Shown: piece after piece, positions 49,830-59,433 of the stretch
How positions within the stretch are numbered: position 1 is the stretch's first letter
Layout: each line of letters opens with the position of its first letter
IMG/VR virus record: IMGVR_UViG_3300022871_000016
Coordinates: 1 to 63,999 of that record
Source: a virus
Lineage: Duplodnaviria > Caudoviricetes
DNA length: 63,999 bases
Direction: 5' to 3' (one strand)
Made by a program: the position numbers and the translations under genes
The notes under the pieces: model-generated
Seen by the model: the letters and a program-made list of their open reading frames with translations, nothing else
Told to the model about the DNA's origin: nothing
Database searches by the model: none

Positions 49830-51002
49830 TTATATATTATATTGTCCTGAAACTCTTAGATATATAGTTGCTCCCAAATCAGTATCTGTTACATCACCAT
49901 GACCAGCCGTACTCTCTGGTTGCATAGTGAAAAGAATAGATGTTGAGTTTGGGGACTTTACAGCACAGAATGTTTCATCTGTATTTCCTATTGCAAAAAT
50001 AGCTGTTGCAACGGCTGAATATAGATTTGATAAATTTTCAGACGTAAATGGCAACCCAGAAAGAGAAAGAACCCCTGTTCCAGTTCCTTTTACAAATCCT
50101 ATATTGCCATGGAAAAAAACTCTATTACCTATTTTTTGGTATCTACCTAATTGGATAGAATGTGAGCTATTTCCTGGCGTCACTAATGCTAATGTAGGAG
50201 TCCAAGTTCCTTCCTCATAATCATCTAAAGTATTTGCATCTGATGAGGCTACTTGAGTTGCAGGGAAACCTATACCATCCAATATTTGTAGGGATGTGTT
50301 ATTTCTTGCTGTTGGGGCTAAACCTATTCCAATATCACCACCATTCTTATTCAGAGTTAATGAGAACTGTGAAGCTAGATTATCAGACCTTCCAGATTGA
50401 ATCCAAAGTCCATTTCCTCCATTTGAACCAAAATCTATCATAGCTACATCAGCACCTTCTAATCTTGCTATTCCACCAGTTTGTGTTGTTCCTGATGTTG
50501 CAGGCCAAGAGATAGCTGAATCTCCTTTCATTTCTAATATAAAAGACGGAGTTGCTGTACCTATCCCAACTCTGCCATCACTTCCTTGAACAAATAAAGC
50601 ATTTGCATTAGTATCACTCTCAACTCTGAAATCTACATCAGTACTATCTTCATTGAAAATTGCACCACCAGTAGCACCTAAAGTTGTAAAACTTCCAGCA
50701 GCAGGTGTCGTTCCACCTACTACTCCGTCAAATGTTCCTGCGTTTATATCTGCTGTATCTGCAACTAATGAATCTATATTAGCAGTACCGTCTATGTAGA
50801 GGTCTTTCCATTCTTTAGCTGCACTTCCTAAATCGTCTGTAGAGTCTGTATCTGATATAAGGTCAGTGTTTATTGCTACTGTTCCAAGATTGTCTAATTC
50901 TACTGTAGCTCCTGGGCTTCCATATAAGGAAGATAAGTCTGTAGCATAGGAGTTAAGTGATATTGTTAGTAAGAATAGTGTTGTTATGATTAGTTTTTTC
51001 AT
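49830..51002 (-). CDS. Fibre-like protein with a signal-peptide-like N-terminus
   Basis: DLGSAAKEWKDLYIDG, GRVGIGTATP, ANTLDDYEEGTWTPTL, GRYQKIGNRV and LSGLPF fibre motifs. Confidence 0.8.
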   Translation of the reverse strand: MKKLIITTLFLLTISLNSYATDLSSLYGSPGATVELDNLGTVAINTDLISDTDSTDDLGSAAKEWKDLYIDGTANIDSLVADTADINAGTFDGVVGGTTPAAGSFTTLGATGGAIFNEDSTDVDFRVESDTNANALFVQGSDGRVGIGTATPSFILEMKGDSAISWPATSGTTQTGGIARLEGADVAMIDFGSNGGNGLWIQSGRSDNLASQFSLTLNKNGGDIGIGLAPTARNNTSLQILDGIGFPATQVASSDANTLDDYEEGTWTPTLALVTPGNSSHSIQLGRYQKIGNRVFFHGNIGFVKGTGTGVLSLSGLPFTSENLSNLYSAVATAIFAIGNTDETFCAVKSPNSTSILFTMQPESTAGHGDVTDTDLGATIYLRVSGQYNI

Positions 51003-51011
51003 TTATCTCCT

Positions 51012-52013
51012 TTATTCTGTTTCATAAAAAAATTGACCGTTTATTGTTTTTGTTCCAGATGTTGTCCACGCATTTCCTGCCAAATTTTTTGCAAAACCTA
51101 TTAATGACGCTCCTGTATCTACTGCGACATAACCCGTAACAGCAGTTCCCCCATTATCAATAGAACGATTTAAAAGTATCTGGTTAAAACCAATTATTGC
51201 GTATGGTACAGTAAAGTTAGTTACAGCAGAGTTACTTGTTCCAGTAATAGTATAAGCAACAAATACCGTCTTACCTATCTTCTTAGTATAAATGTTTCCT
51301 GTTGGGGTTGCTGCCCAACCATTAATAGTTGAAGTAGCAAAATAATCAGCCCACACTCCTTCTTCTGCTGGTTTAGGAGAGAACGCAAAAGCAGATGAAC
51401 CTTCTACAAGCATAGCACCGTCGAAGTATCCTGAAGTATCGCCAGTATCTATAAAACACAACATTCTTCCTTCAGTTGCTCCAGCAGCAAATGTTTTTGT
51501 AACTGTAAGCCATTCCCAAGTAGAACCCCCTGTGTGAAAAGATGACCAACTATTAGTTAGACCATCTCCTATACCTAATTTAGCTCTATCAGCTACGGTG
51601 GCGTAGACCCAAACACCAAAAGTAACAGTTCTACTTTTATAATAATCAGCACCTTTAGCTTCGTGAAAGGTTGTATGTATATAAGCATTTGCCCCTGCTC
51701 TCGTAACTTTAGCAGAATATGTTCCTACTTTAATTATTGTTCCTTCTCTTGCTACACTTGCACTAACACCTGCTAATGCCCACCCATCAGGAGCAACTGC
51801 TGTTCCTGCTGTCCAAGCTTCAAAGTTTCCGTTAGATAATAAGTTAGTGGGGTTAATAGTGCTAAACAAAGGTGTGCCTCCAACAAGAACGCCACTTGCA
51901 TCAACGGCTATACTCTGAACTGGAGCAGATGCGTCAGCTGCTATTATTCTATGCTGTAATGAATGACTTGGTACATTTAAAGGATCACTTGCAACTGGTT
52001 GTTCTATAGCCAT
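51012..52013 (-). CDS. Fibre/receptor-binding protein with a carbohydrate-binding module (start moved to MAIEQ)
   Basis: NLLSNGNFEAW...YFDGAMLVEG jelly-roll pattern and YTKKIGKTVFV tip; AAGGAGG before 52013. Confidence 0.75.
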   Translation of the reverse strand: MAIEQPVASDPLNVPSHSLQHRIIAADASAPVQSIAVDASGVLVGGTPLFSTINPTNLLSNGNFEAWTAGTAVAPDGWALAGVSASVAREGTIIKVGTYSAKVTRAGANAYIHTTFHEAKGADYYKSRTVTFGVWVYATVADRAKLGIGDGLTNSWSSFHTGGSTWEWLTVTKTFAAGATEGRMLCFIDTGDTSGYFDGAMLVEGSSAFAFSPKPAEEGVWADYFATSTINGWAATPTGNIYTKKIGKTVFVAYTITGTSNSAVTNFTVPYAIIGFNQILLNRSIDNGGTAVTGYVAVDTGASLIGFAKNLAGNAWTTSGTKTINGQFFYETE

Positions 52014-52035
52014 TTTAACCTCCTTATTTAAGACC

Positions 52036-52072
52036 AAAAAAAAGCAGAGATACATTATTCATATATCTCTGC
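52036..52072 (-). terminator. Intrinsic terminator at the end of the glycan cluster
   Basis: gcagagata...tatctctgc followed by T8 on the minus strand. Confidence 0.65.
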
Positions 52073-52097
52073 CAAATTAAAGTTTGGTACTTTATTC

Positions 52098-52940
52098 TTA
52101 TTTATCTAAACTTACAAGCCAATCTCTGACTTCGTTCTTATATTCATTAGGCATAATTGATGCCCTAGCAATTTCTAATTTTGTGAATGATTCTAATTTA
52201 AAATGTTTTTCTAAAAAGAATATCCTTTCCGGAGGAAGCACAGAAATCGCTGTATGAAGATTACCGCTAACTACACAAATAACTCCAGCACACTGTTCGA
52301 TCAATCCTACTAGTGTGCTTACTTGAGGCTTTACTTTTCTTACATTGCTATCAACAAAATCAAACTTCTTATTTACAGGATTGTGAAAGACATGTTGGAA
52401 ATGCATTTCTATCGGAATAAAACCAGCACCTAAAACATCATCCCATATTCGTTTAGCAGTTTCTTCGTCTGGATTGCACGCATCAGGTAAGCAAGTTATA
52501 AAATAATGTATTCCTATTAGTCTATTTTTTCCGCAAGTTATCTTTTTATGACCATTCACAGGATCAATACCTAATTCATGAACACAACAATATTCACCCT
52601 TAGTCAATTTTATCTGCCCCTCACTCATTGGAAAATCAATATCTGCAATAATGTCATATCCAAGTACCACTTCGTTGTATGACAAGTCATTAGTAAACAC
52701 AACATCAATATTATTACTAAGTATATCTTTCTCTATTTCTTCAAAGCCTAAACCTTTCTGCATTATTAAAGTAAACTTAATTTCTGGATATTTTTGACAT
52801 AAAGATTCGAAAGGAGACATGAACATAACTGTATCGCCTAATCCGTGCCCAAAACATAATCCGATCTTTTTTGGATTATGTTCTTTAATGTAATCTACTA
52901 ATTTTTTATTGCCTTTCCAGATTTGTTTTATCCTCAACAT
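52098..52940 (-). CDS. GT-B glycosyltransferase (GT9/heptosyltransferase-like)
   Basis: HGLGDTVM and LIEQCAGVICVVSGNLHTA motifs. Confidence 0.75.
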   Translation of the reverse strand: MLRIKQIWKGNKKLVDYIKEHNPKKIGLCFGHGLGDTVMFMSPFESLCQKYPEIKFTLIMQKGLGFEEIEKDILSNNIDVVFTNDLSYNEVVLGYDIIADIDFPMSEGQIKLTKGEYCCVHELGIDPVNGHKKITCGKNRLIGIHYFITCLPDACNPDEETAKRIWDDVLGAGFIPIEMHFQHVFHNPVNKKFDFVDSNVRKVKPQVSTLVGLIEQCAGVICVVSGNLHTAISVLPPERIFFLEKHFKLESFTKLEIARASIMPNEYKNEVRDWLVSLDK

Positions 52941-52980
52941 ATTACTTGACTCCTCGCTGTCCTATTGCTACAATAGGACT

Positions 52981-53415
52981 ATGGTTATTAAAAAATGTTC
53001 TATTTGTGGTAAAAGAATTGAAAGATTCCCTTGTCAAATCAAAAATAAAAAAGATTTTGTTTGTTCTAGAAAATGCTCTATTAAATTGTTTATTAAAAAT
53101 GTTCCTAATGGTAAAAATCATTATAGATGGAAAGGAGGACGAAGAAAAAGAAATGGGTATGTACAAATCCTTTCTAAAGATCATCCATTTAGAGACAGCC
53201 ATGGTTATGTAATGGAACATCGATTGGTAATGGAAAAGAAACTTGGTAGATATCTTAAACCTGAAGAAATAATTCATCATATCAATGGTATTCTTAATGA
53301 TAATAGAATTATAAATCTTGAATTGACTACGCAAAAAATTCATGGTCATAATCATAACGTTGGTCAAACTCATTGGAAAAATAGAAAAAGAAATAAACTT
53401 GGTAGATTTAACTAA
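52981..53415 (+). mobile_element. Free-standing HNH homing endonuclease inserted antisense, with its own promoter
   Basis: CSICGK, CSRKC, WKGG, YVMEHRLVME and IHHINGILNDNRIINLEL; TTGACT-17-TACAAT at 52946-52974. Confidence 0.88.
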
Positions 53416-53456
53416 TCTTTTTTCACTTGCCCATATTCTTTTAAGTCTCAGCATTA

Positions 53457-54494
53457 TTACTCCTCATAAGGCTTTTCGGGATGCCTATAGTTTATTATAG
53501 GTATCTTTATCCTAAAATTCAACATTTTCTTGAAATTCTCATAAAGTAAATTCATCGAACCTTGAGCTTGACTATCCATATGTTCCTGAGTTTCTTTATG
53601 TTTATTAGCTTTTAAGTATCTAGCAGCACAGCCATGCCGATTCTCTATCTGGCAATTACGCCACTTTTTATGGTAATATTGGCCATGATAAGAGTAAATT
53701 GGGATTCCACACTCAGTCTTTATTAATCCTCTATCTTTAACGGCACGAATATATGGCTTGAGTAATTGCTCGTTGGTCGATAACCATTGAATCCCTGCCA
53801 AGACAACTGTCTTATCTGCTGAGCCAGCTTCTAACAAACATAAATTCATTGCGTCCATATCTGGAGCTTTGAAATTAGTGCCTTTCATTTCATCAAAACC
53901 GTCCATAAATATAGAAAAACTTTTAGCTAAGCATTCACCCCATATCTTCATATCAACGAACAGCGGACAATTACATAAATCAACAGGATTATAATAACCC
54001 TTCGGCATTAACCATTCTCCTTTGAATTGATGGTGCGGATCATCGTAAACTTTATTCTGCTCTTTACCGGCACATAATACCAATCCAGTCTTTGCTGCCA
54101 TTGTAAAGTAATGTATTGGGTTTCGGCAGAATATCATATCAGCATCTAAAACACATATTGCATCATAAAGTTTACCTATCTTATTTGCAAACCAATATCG
54201 CTTACGACAAACAACTTCACTAAGACCATGAGATTCTTTTATTTCTTCCTCACTAATGTCATGAAAAATAATTCTATAATTAAGTAATTTGAATTGGTCT
54301 TTAACTATCATTGGAATTTTAGAACCATAGAAATGAACGTCTTGAGTATTGCCAACATAATCTAAAGAATTCAATTCGGCAACAACTTCTGGAAGGTATC
54401 GTATATCTGCACAAACTACATACGCATACTTACTTCTAGGCTCGTTACATTCTACTGAGAAAACTTTTCCAGGGTTTGTATTTACTTCTTCCAT
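53457..54494 (-). CDS. GT-A glycosyltransferase (GT8-like)
   Basis: YAYVVCAD start, ICVLDADM DxD motif, DMDAMN. Confidence 0.75.
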   Translation of the reverse strand: MEEVNTNPGKVFSVECNEPRSKYAYVVCADIRYLPEVVAELNSLDYVGNTQDVHFYGSKIPMIVKDQFKLLNYRIIFHDISEEEIKESHGLSEVVCRKRYWFANKIGKLYDAICVLDADMIFCRNPIHYFTMAAKTGLVLCAGKEQNKVYDDPHHQFKGEWLMPKGYYNPVDLCNCPLFVDMKIWGECLAKSFSIFMDGFDEMKGTNFKAPDMDAMNLCLLEAGSADKTVVLAGIQWLSTNEQLLKPYIRAVKDRGLIKTECGIPIYSYHGQYYHKKWRNCQIENRHGCAARYLKANKHKETQEHMDSQAQGSMNLLYENFKKMLNFRIKIPIINYRHPEKPYEE

Positions 54495-54507
54495 TTGTTA
54501 TCTCCTT

Positions 54508-55113
54508 TTACATTATGCGTTTCATAAACATGCAACCTCTACCACATGGCTCAACGTCAGGGAAAATATAATAATCACGATAACCTAATACTTCGTCAGC
54601 GGCTTTCCTAACATCCTCATGCCACTTATCAACACCATCTAAATAAAAATCATGTCCAACAAACCAACCACCTTTTTTTACTTTAGAAAGCCATGCCACC
54701 ATATCTTCTTTTGCATCTTTATACCAATGACAAGCATCAACAAAAACAAGGTCCAGGGAATTATCTTGAAAATCTTTAACGGCATTTATTGATTTAGCAC
54801 AAAGAAAAGTGCTTATATCAGAATATTCTTTTGCAAGTTCTAAGCATTGTTTCGAAGGTGAATGATCTATCATGTAGTAATGCTTAAATTGTAAAGGGCT
54901 ACCCATGTTTCCTTTATCAAAGAAAGAATGATGTTCTCTCAATATTCTTTTTGCAGTATCGCCTCGATAAACTCCTACTTCAGCTATTTGCTTTAAATTA
55001 TATTGTCGTATCAATAACGTCAGCAAATCCCAACGCATTAAATTCTGAATTGGGAATAATTTATAGCCTTCAGTTAGTTTCTCAAATTTTAGATTTCTTT
55101 TTATTTCCCACAT
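54508..55113 (-). CDS. Class I SAM methyltransferase (Methyltransf_24-like); start likely MWEIK
   Basis: AEVGVYRG, DLVFVDACHWY and KKGGWFVGHDF. Confidence 0.85.
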   Translation of the reverse strand: MWEIKRNLKFEKLTEGYKLFPIQNLMRWDLLTLLIRQYNLKQIAEVGVYRGDTAKRILREHHSFFDKGNMGSPLQFKHYYMIDHSPSKQCLELAKEYSDISTFLCAKSINAVKDFQDNSLDLVFVDACHWYKDAKEDMVAWLSKVKKGGWFVGHDFYLDGVDKWHEDVRKAADEVLGYRDYYIFPDVEPCGRGCMFMKRIM

Positions 55114-55114
55114 A

Positions 55115-55279
55115 TTAAAATTGTTTAATTGTTGTAACCCTAGCACCATGCAACACCTTGCATGCCATGTCTGCATGGAAAATACCTATCTCAGCTATTT
55201 TCCTAAGATCATATTTATTAATTAAAGTCTCAACAACCTCCCACCTAGGAGTTTCTATTTTACCAAACAGTTCTTTCAT
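55115..55279 (-). pseudogene. Truncated 54-aa methyltransferase N-terminal fragment (absent from the ORF track)
   Basis: MKELFGKIETPRWEVVETLINKYDLRKIAEIGIFHAD aligns with RWDLLTLLIRQYNLKQIAEVGVYRGD of the next gene. Confidence 0.7.
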
Positions 55280-56135
55280 AATCCTCCACTGCTATTTCTG
55301 GACGCATTGCATTGAACTCAGCCATATAGTCACGAATTAAATTCCAGTTAGCTATTGTGATTGACATGTCTTTTCCAGGATTATTCCTTAGCTCACTATT
55401 AGCCCTTCCTTTCTGCCACCAACGGTTGTGGATCCCTCGAAGCCTAACGTCATTATTCGTTAAGATATTATTTCCGCTTCTACGTAAAGGTATATTATTA
55501 AGATTCTTTTGGAACGCCCATATATGACGCTCAAGAGTAATCACTTCTTCAAAAGGAACAGCTGCCTTTACAACATTGTTGAGAATTATAACCGGATGGT
55601 TTCTATCTCCCTCTAACTTCTGATCCATTGTCTCAGCAACAGTGGAAAAGATATTCTTATGTGTTGGATTTGCAAAAATGAATTGGTCTGTCAACGAACA
55701 CTGCCCTCTATCAACAACAGGAGAATTTCTTGCGTATAAATCTTCTATAGTGTTAGAATAATTGAAATGTTCTGTTAAAACAAGACAGCCATCAGCAGCC
55801 GCTTTGAAAAGAGCTGTCATATTGCTTAAAGGCATATGGTCTGCTTGAGTGTGGCATATAGCGTCATAATTATTAATAACTTTCTTTGTCATCAACCAAG
55901 TTGCGATCCAATGCCTATCAGCTATCTTATTTGTTCCCTCGATCAATTCTGGTATAAACGTCCAATTAACTTTAAATGGAAAAGAGCAAGATATTTTATT
56001 TCTCATTTCTGAAGGTATATTGGCATAAGCAACTTCCCAATCAGCTCTTACCCCAAAATGAGCCATAGCGTTCATGGCACTTATCATACCGAACAAATAT
56101 CCACCAGTGCAAGAAAGTGTAAATGCGTATTTCAT
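55260..56135 (-). CDS. GT-A-like glycosyltransferase, divergent paralog of 53457-54494
   Basis: KYAF...YL...NAM and YDAICHTQADHM parallel KYAY...YL...NSL and YDAICVLDADM. Confidence 0.6.
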   Translation of the reverse strand: MKYAFTLSCTGGYLFGMISAMNAMAHFGVRADWEVAYANIPSEMRNKISCSFPFKVNWTFIPELIEGTNKIADRHWIATWLMTKKVINNYDAICHTQADHMPLSNMTALFKAAADGCLVLTEHFNYSNTIEDLYARNSPVVDRGQCSLTDQFIFANPTHKNIFSTVAETMDQKLEGDRNHPVIILNNVVKAAVPFEEVITLERHIWAFQKNLNNIPLRRSGNNILTNNDVRLRGIHNRWWQKGRANSELRNNPGKDMSITIANWNLIRDYMAEFNAMRPEIAVEDYERTVW

Positions 56136-56773
56136 CGTGCCCCCTCATGTTTGAATTCTTCTTTTAAAACCTTTTTATGGCTGATAAGACCCCATTGACC
56201 GCCTCTCGGAACTTTCCAATTGCCCCAGAGGTATGTTAAAAATTCTTCTGGCGGATTAGGCACAAAATACTTCTCTCCTTTAAATTCTATTTCTTTCAAA
56301 TTGTCAAAGTATTTTTGAGGATATGGTATATACAAATCATATCCGTCTTTAACAAATCTGTAAAAACAACGTTCTCCGCCAAAAGAAAAAAGAACATAAA
56401 AATCTATTTTCTCTCTATGCTCTTTTCTTGCAATGTATCCAGATGTTCTGCGACCATCGATTGTCTCACCGAAACAAGTATAGTAACCCATTTCTTTAAA
56501 GATTTTCTCAGCTTCAACAAACTTATCTGCATCTTCGAAAAGAACACCAACGTCAGCATCATCGTCTAGCCAAGGGAAATCATGATCGCGGATAGCCCCA
56601 ACTAATGTTCCGCAGAATAAAAAGAATTTTATTCCTACTTTTCCAAAGACTAATCTTAAATCTTGTAAATATTCATTAGTCCTCTTAAAATTCATTCGTT
56701 GAGGATGACCTTCGTATTTCTCCTTACTGGTCATTTCTTTATACAACGCGTCGTGCGAAGACCATTTTTTCAT
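56132..56773 (-). CDS. LicD/fukutin-family nucleotidyltransferase-fold phosphotransferase
   Basis: FLFCGTLVGAIRDHDFPWLDDDADVG and VPNPPEEFLTYLWGNW. Confidence 0.9.
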   Translation of the reverse strand: MKKWSSHDALYKEMTSKEKYEGHPQRMNFKRTNEYLQDLRLVFGKVGIKFFLFCGTLVGAIRDHDFPWLDDDADVGVLFEDADKFVEAEKIFKEMGYYTCFGETIDGRRTSGYIARKEHREKIDFYVLFSFGGERCFYRFVKDGYDLYIPYPQKYFDNLKEIEFKGEKYFVPNPPEEFLTYLWGNWKVPRGGQWGLISHKKVLKEEFKHEGAR

Positions 56774-57174
56774 TTTTTACCCCAATTAATCTTATCCCAG
56801 ATAAACTCATTAAATACATAAAGAAAATGTTTGATTAGAATATAAGTAATGGTTATTTTATTCATAGTCTGAACATCCCCAGTGACTATTAAGGTGATTA
56901 CACCTAGGATTAGAAAACCTAGTATGCTCTCATATGTAATCATCTTTAAAATTTTTCTCTTTAAACCAACAAAATCAGTATGTAAATAAAATCTCTCATG
57001 TGCCCAGAATACAAAAAAGAACACTCCATGATGTAAAAAAGTTATCCAAGATGTTTGTACCCATTGTCTAGTATAAAAATAAGTTACGGCTCCAAGTACG
57101 AGCACTCCTACAACACGCCAAATTGCACTTTTTACTACCGACCTTGTTTCAGTTTCTTTTATTTTAATTTCCAT
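56770..57174 (-). CDS. DUF2061-like membrane protein (two repeats)
   Basis: ETETRSVVKSAIWR...HERFY and second repeat ...NEFIWDKINWG. Confidence 0.8.
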   Translation of the reverse strand: MEIKIKETETRSVVKSAIWRVVGVLVLGAVTYFYTRQWVQTSWITFLHHGVFFFVFWAHERFYLHTDFVGLKRKILKMITYESILGFLILGVITLIVTGDVQTMNKITITYILIKHFLYVFNEFIWDKINWGKK

Positions 57175-57335
57175 TTTATCCCCCCGGTATATTCAACAGC
57201 GTTGTAATTATTATTTGGATCTAAATCTCCTGATATCCATATCTCGTCTGGTATTACTGTGCATTTTTTATTTAAACCTAACCCAGCGCAACCATTAACC
57301 ATTATTAGAACTATTGCCATTATTATTATCCGCAT
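57159..57335 (-). CDS. 58-aa putative lipoprotein (absent from the ORF track)
   Basis: AAGGAG RBS; MRIIIMAIVLIMVNGC lipobox; ends YTGGIKWKLK. Confidence 0.6.
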   Translation of the reverse strand: MRIIIMAIVLIMVNGCAGLGLNKKCTVIPDEIWISGDLDPNNNYNAVEYTGGIKWKLK

Positions 57336-57738
57336 TTATCTTCTCCTTAATGTTTGTTGAACTCTGTTCACTGAAGTAAGGCATTACAATAACTCGACCG
57401 CCAATCGATTTCATAAAGTTATTAGCTGGATATTCTGAATGCGAAGTTGACTCAAATAAGATATCTGGCTTGGTTGCCTTACAATTCCCCAAAGGACTAT
57501 AGTCATCCTGACATATAGCACAAGTTACAAACTTCAAACTGTTTATAATGTAAATGCGTTCTGCTAAAGACATTATTGGGCTAGGCTTCTTTTCCATTAC
57601 TGCCTTCTCCGATAATACTCCTACAAAAAGCGCATCACATAATTTTGAACAGTTTTCAAGATGTAATAAATGACCTGTATGAATTATATCTCCCACTACG
57701 TATGCGTAACCTATAATTTTATTTTTCATTTTACTCAT
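57295..57738 (-). CDS. Cytidylyltransferase-like protein (TagD/RfaE domain II family)
   Basis: DIIHTGH (HxGH), LFVGVLS, PIMSLAER and QSSTNIK. Confidence 0.9.
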   Translation of the reverse strand: MSKMKNKIIGYAYVVGDIIHTGHLLHLENCSKLCDALFVGVLSEKAVMEKKPSPIMSLAERIYIINSLKFVTCAICQDDYSPLGNCKATKPDILFESTSHSEYPANNFMKSIGGRVIVMPYFSEQSSTNIKEKINADNNNGNSSNNG

Positions 57739-57743
57739 TAATA

Positions 57744-58424
57744 TTAGTCATTCCAAAGTTTCTTAGAATAATCAAAGCCTTCCATTTTTCTAAACATACC
57801 TAATCCATAAATACCTTCATCCAAATTAATATGTTGAATATCTATATTTTCTTGTTTTATATATTCTAAAATCCTTTTATAACCTTCTTCAGCCGGACCT
57901 CGCGTGTCGTGCATAATCCAATAGCCTAAACCATTACCTTTTAATAATGGCCAGAGAGTTTTAAACTCATGAAATACATGAGTTGCTTCATGACAGCCGT
58001 CTTGGAATACTAAATCAAATTTAGTATCTTCAAACACTTCTTTCCCCAAAGTTATTGTGTCTATTGGTAACATAGTATTCGGAAGATTATGGTCAGTTAA
58101 AATTTTTTCTACTTCACCTATCTTAACAATATCTATTCCATAATACATAACGTCTTTAAAGTTATGCCTTATAGCATTATCTCTGACACCATTAGCCATA
58201 TACCATGCTGAATAACCTTCTGCGGATCCTATCTCTAAAACTTTCTGACATCTGAATGCTCTAATTAAAAAATAAAGCATACAGCCAAAAAAAGAATCAG
58301 TCGCATTTATATTAGTAAAATGTGCTGAATGAAATAATTCCATTAGCGGTGCTGGGTATTCTTTAAAGTATTCAATGTCTTTAGGATGTTGCATTTTAAA
58401 TAAATATTTCCTTATTATTATCAA
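57744..58424 (-). CDS. Class I SAM methyltransferase (Methyltransf_24-like)
   Basis: VLEIGSAEGYS, FDLVFQDGCH and IMHDT. Confidence 0.85.
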   Translation of the reverse strand: MIIIRKYLFKMQHPKDIEYFKEYPAPLMELFHSAHFTNINATDSFFGCMLYFLIRAFRCQKVLEIGSAEGYSAWYMANGVRDNAIRHNFKDVMYYGIDIVKIGEVEKILTDHNLPNTMLPIDTITLGKEVFEDTKFDLVFQDGCHEATHVFHEFKTLWPLLKGNGLGYWIMHDTRGPAEEGYKRILEYIKQENIDIQHINLDEGIYGLGMFRKMEGFDYSKKLWND

Positions 58425-59433
58425 TCCAATTTATAACTTTTTTTATACCTGTAAGTGTATGAATCTTAGGCTCCCAATTAAGAATTTTTTTAACCTTAGA
58501 TATATCTGTAATATATACCTTTTGATCAGACGGCCGCCAATCAGCATATTTCAATTGTGTAGATCTATTCGTCAGAGATTCTAAGTGTGTTATGAATTCC
58601 TTTAAAGACTCCGTATTCTCAGAACCTCCACCTATGTTGAAAACATCTGACTTAACATCGCTATATATAAATTTATCAAAAGCATCTACTAAATCAGTAA
58701 CATAAAGAAGATCTCTAACTTGCTTACCATCGCCAAAAATAGTTATTTCTTTCTTTAATAAATTAGCAATTATAAACCAAGCAACCCAACCTTGATCCTC
58801 AAAGCCAAACTGTCTAATCCCATAAATACAAGACATTCTAAATACACCAGTTCGCATCCCATAAATATGTGCATATTCCTGAGCATATAAATCTCCGACT
58901 AATTTAGAGACACCATACGGAGTATGTCCTGTTAAATCAACAGGCAGAGTTTCTTTAACTCCTTTAGTACCTAAATAATTATATCGTGTCCTTCCTTCTT
59001 CTAATGGTATCGTGTCTACATTCTCGCCATAAACTTTATTGGTAGAACAATAACAAAATGTAGCTTTTGGATTTATTTTTCTCAAACACTCAAGAACGTT
59101 AAGAGTGCCGAATGCGTTTATCTGAAAATCTTCTATCGGCATTCTTGTAGAACTAGGAACTCCCGGCTGGCCAGCGGTATGTATAACTGCATCAACACCT
59201 TTACTCATAGAGTTGTTTACATCTTCAACATTTCTAACATCGCCTTTTATACGTTCAATATTATCAAACGAACCTAAAAAGTTCCAATTAAACTCAACTG
59301 ACTCTTTATCATATCCAAATAACTTAGAGCGCATTAAATTATCAAGGATAACAACAGAATCTCCTTTATTAGCAAAATGTTCCGCACAATGACTTCCAAC
59401 AAGACCTGCTCCGCCAGTAATTAATATTTTCAT
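58396..59433 (-). CDS. NAD-dependent sugar epimerase, CDP-paratose/tyvelose 2-epimerase-like
   Basis: ILITGGAGLVGS, STNKVYG, PYGVSK, RMSCIYGIRQFGFEDQGWVAWF and WRPSDQKVY. Confidence 0.9.
   Translation of the reverse strand: MKILITGGAGLVGSHCAEHFANKGDSVVILDNLMRSKLFGYDKESVEFNWNFLGSFDNIERIKGDVRNVEDVNNSMSKGVDAVIHTAGQPGVPSSTRMPIEDFQINAFGTLNVLECLRKINPKATFCYCSTNKVYGENVDTIPLEEGRTRYNYLGTKGVKETLPVDLTGHTPYGVSKLVGDLYAQEYAHIYGMRTGVFRMSCIYGIRQFGFEDQGWVAWFIIANLLKKEITIFGDGKQVRDLLYVTDLVDAFDKFIYSDVKSDVFNIGGGSENTESLKEFITHLESLTNRSTQLKYADWRPSDQKVYITDISKVKKILNWEPKIHTLTGIKKVINWIDNNKEIFI

Noticed and set aside
52942-53454. 170-aa minus-strand ORF as a real protein
   Set aside because: Only the first 15 codons are meaningful (relic GT start). 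The rest is the antisense shadow of the HNH gene.
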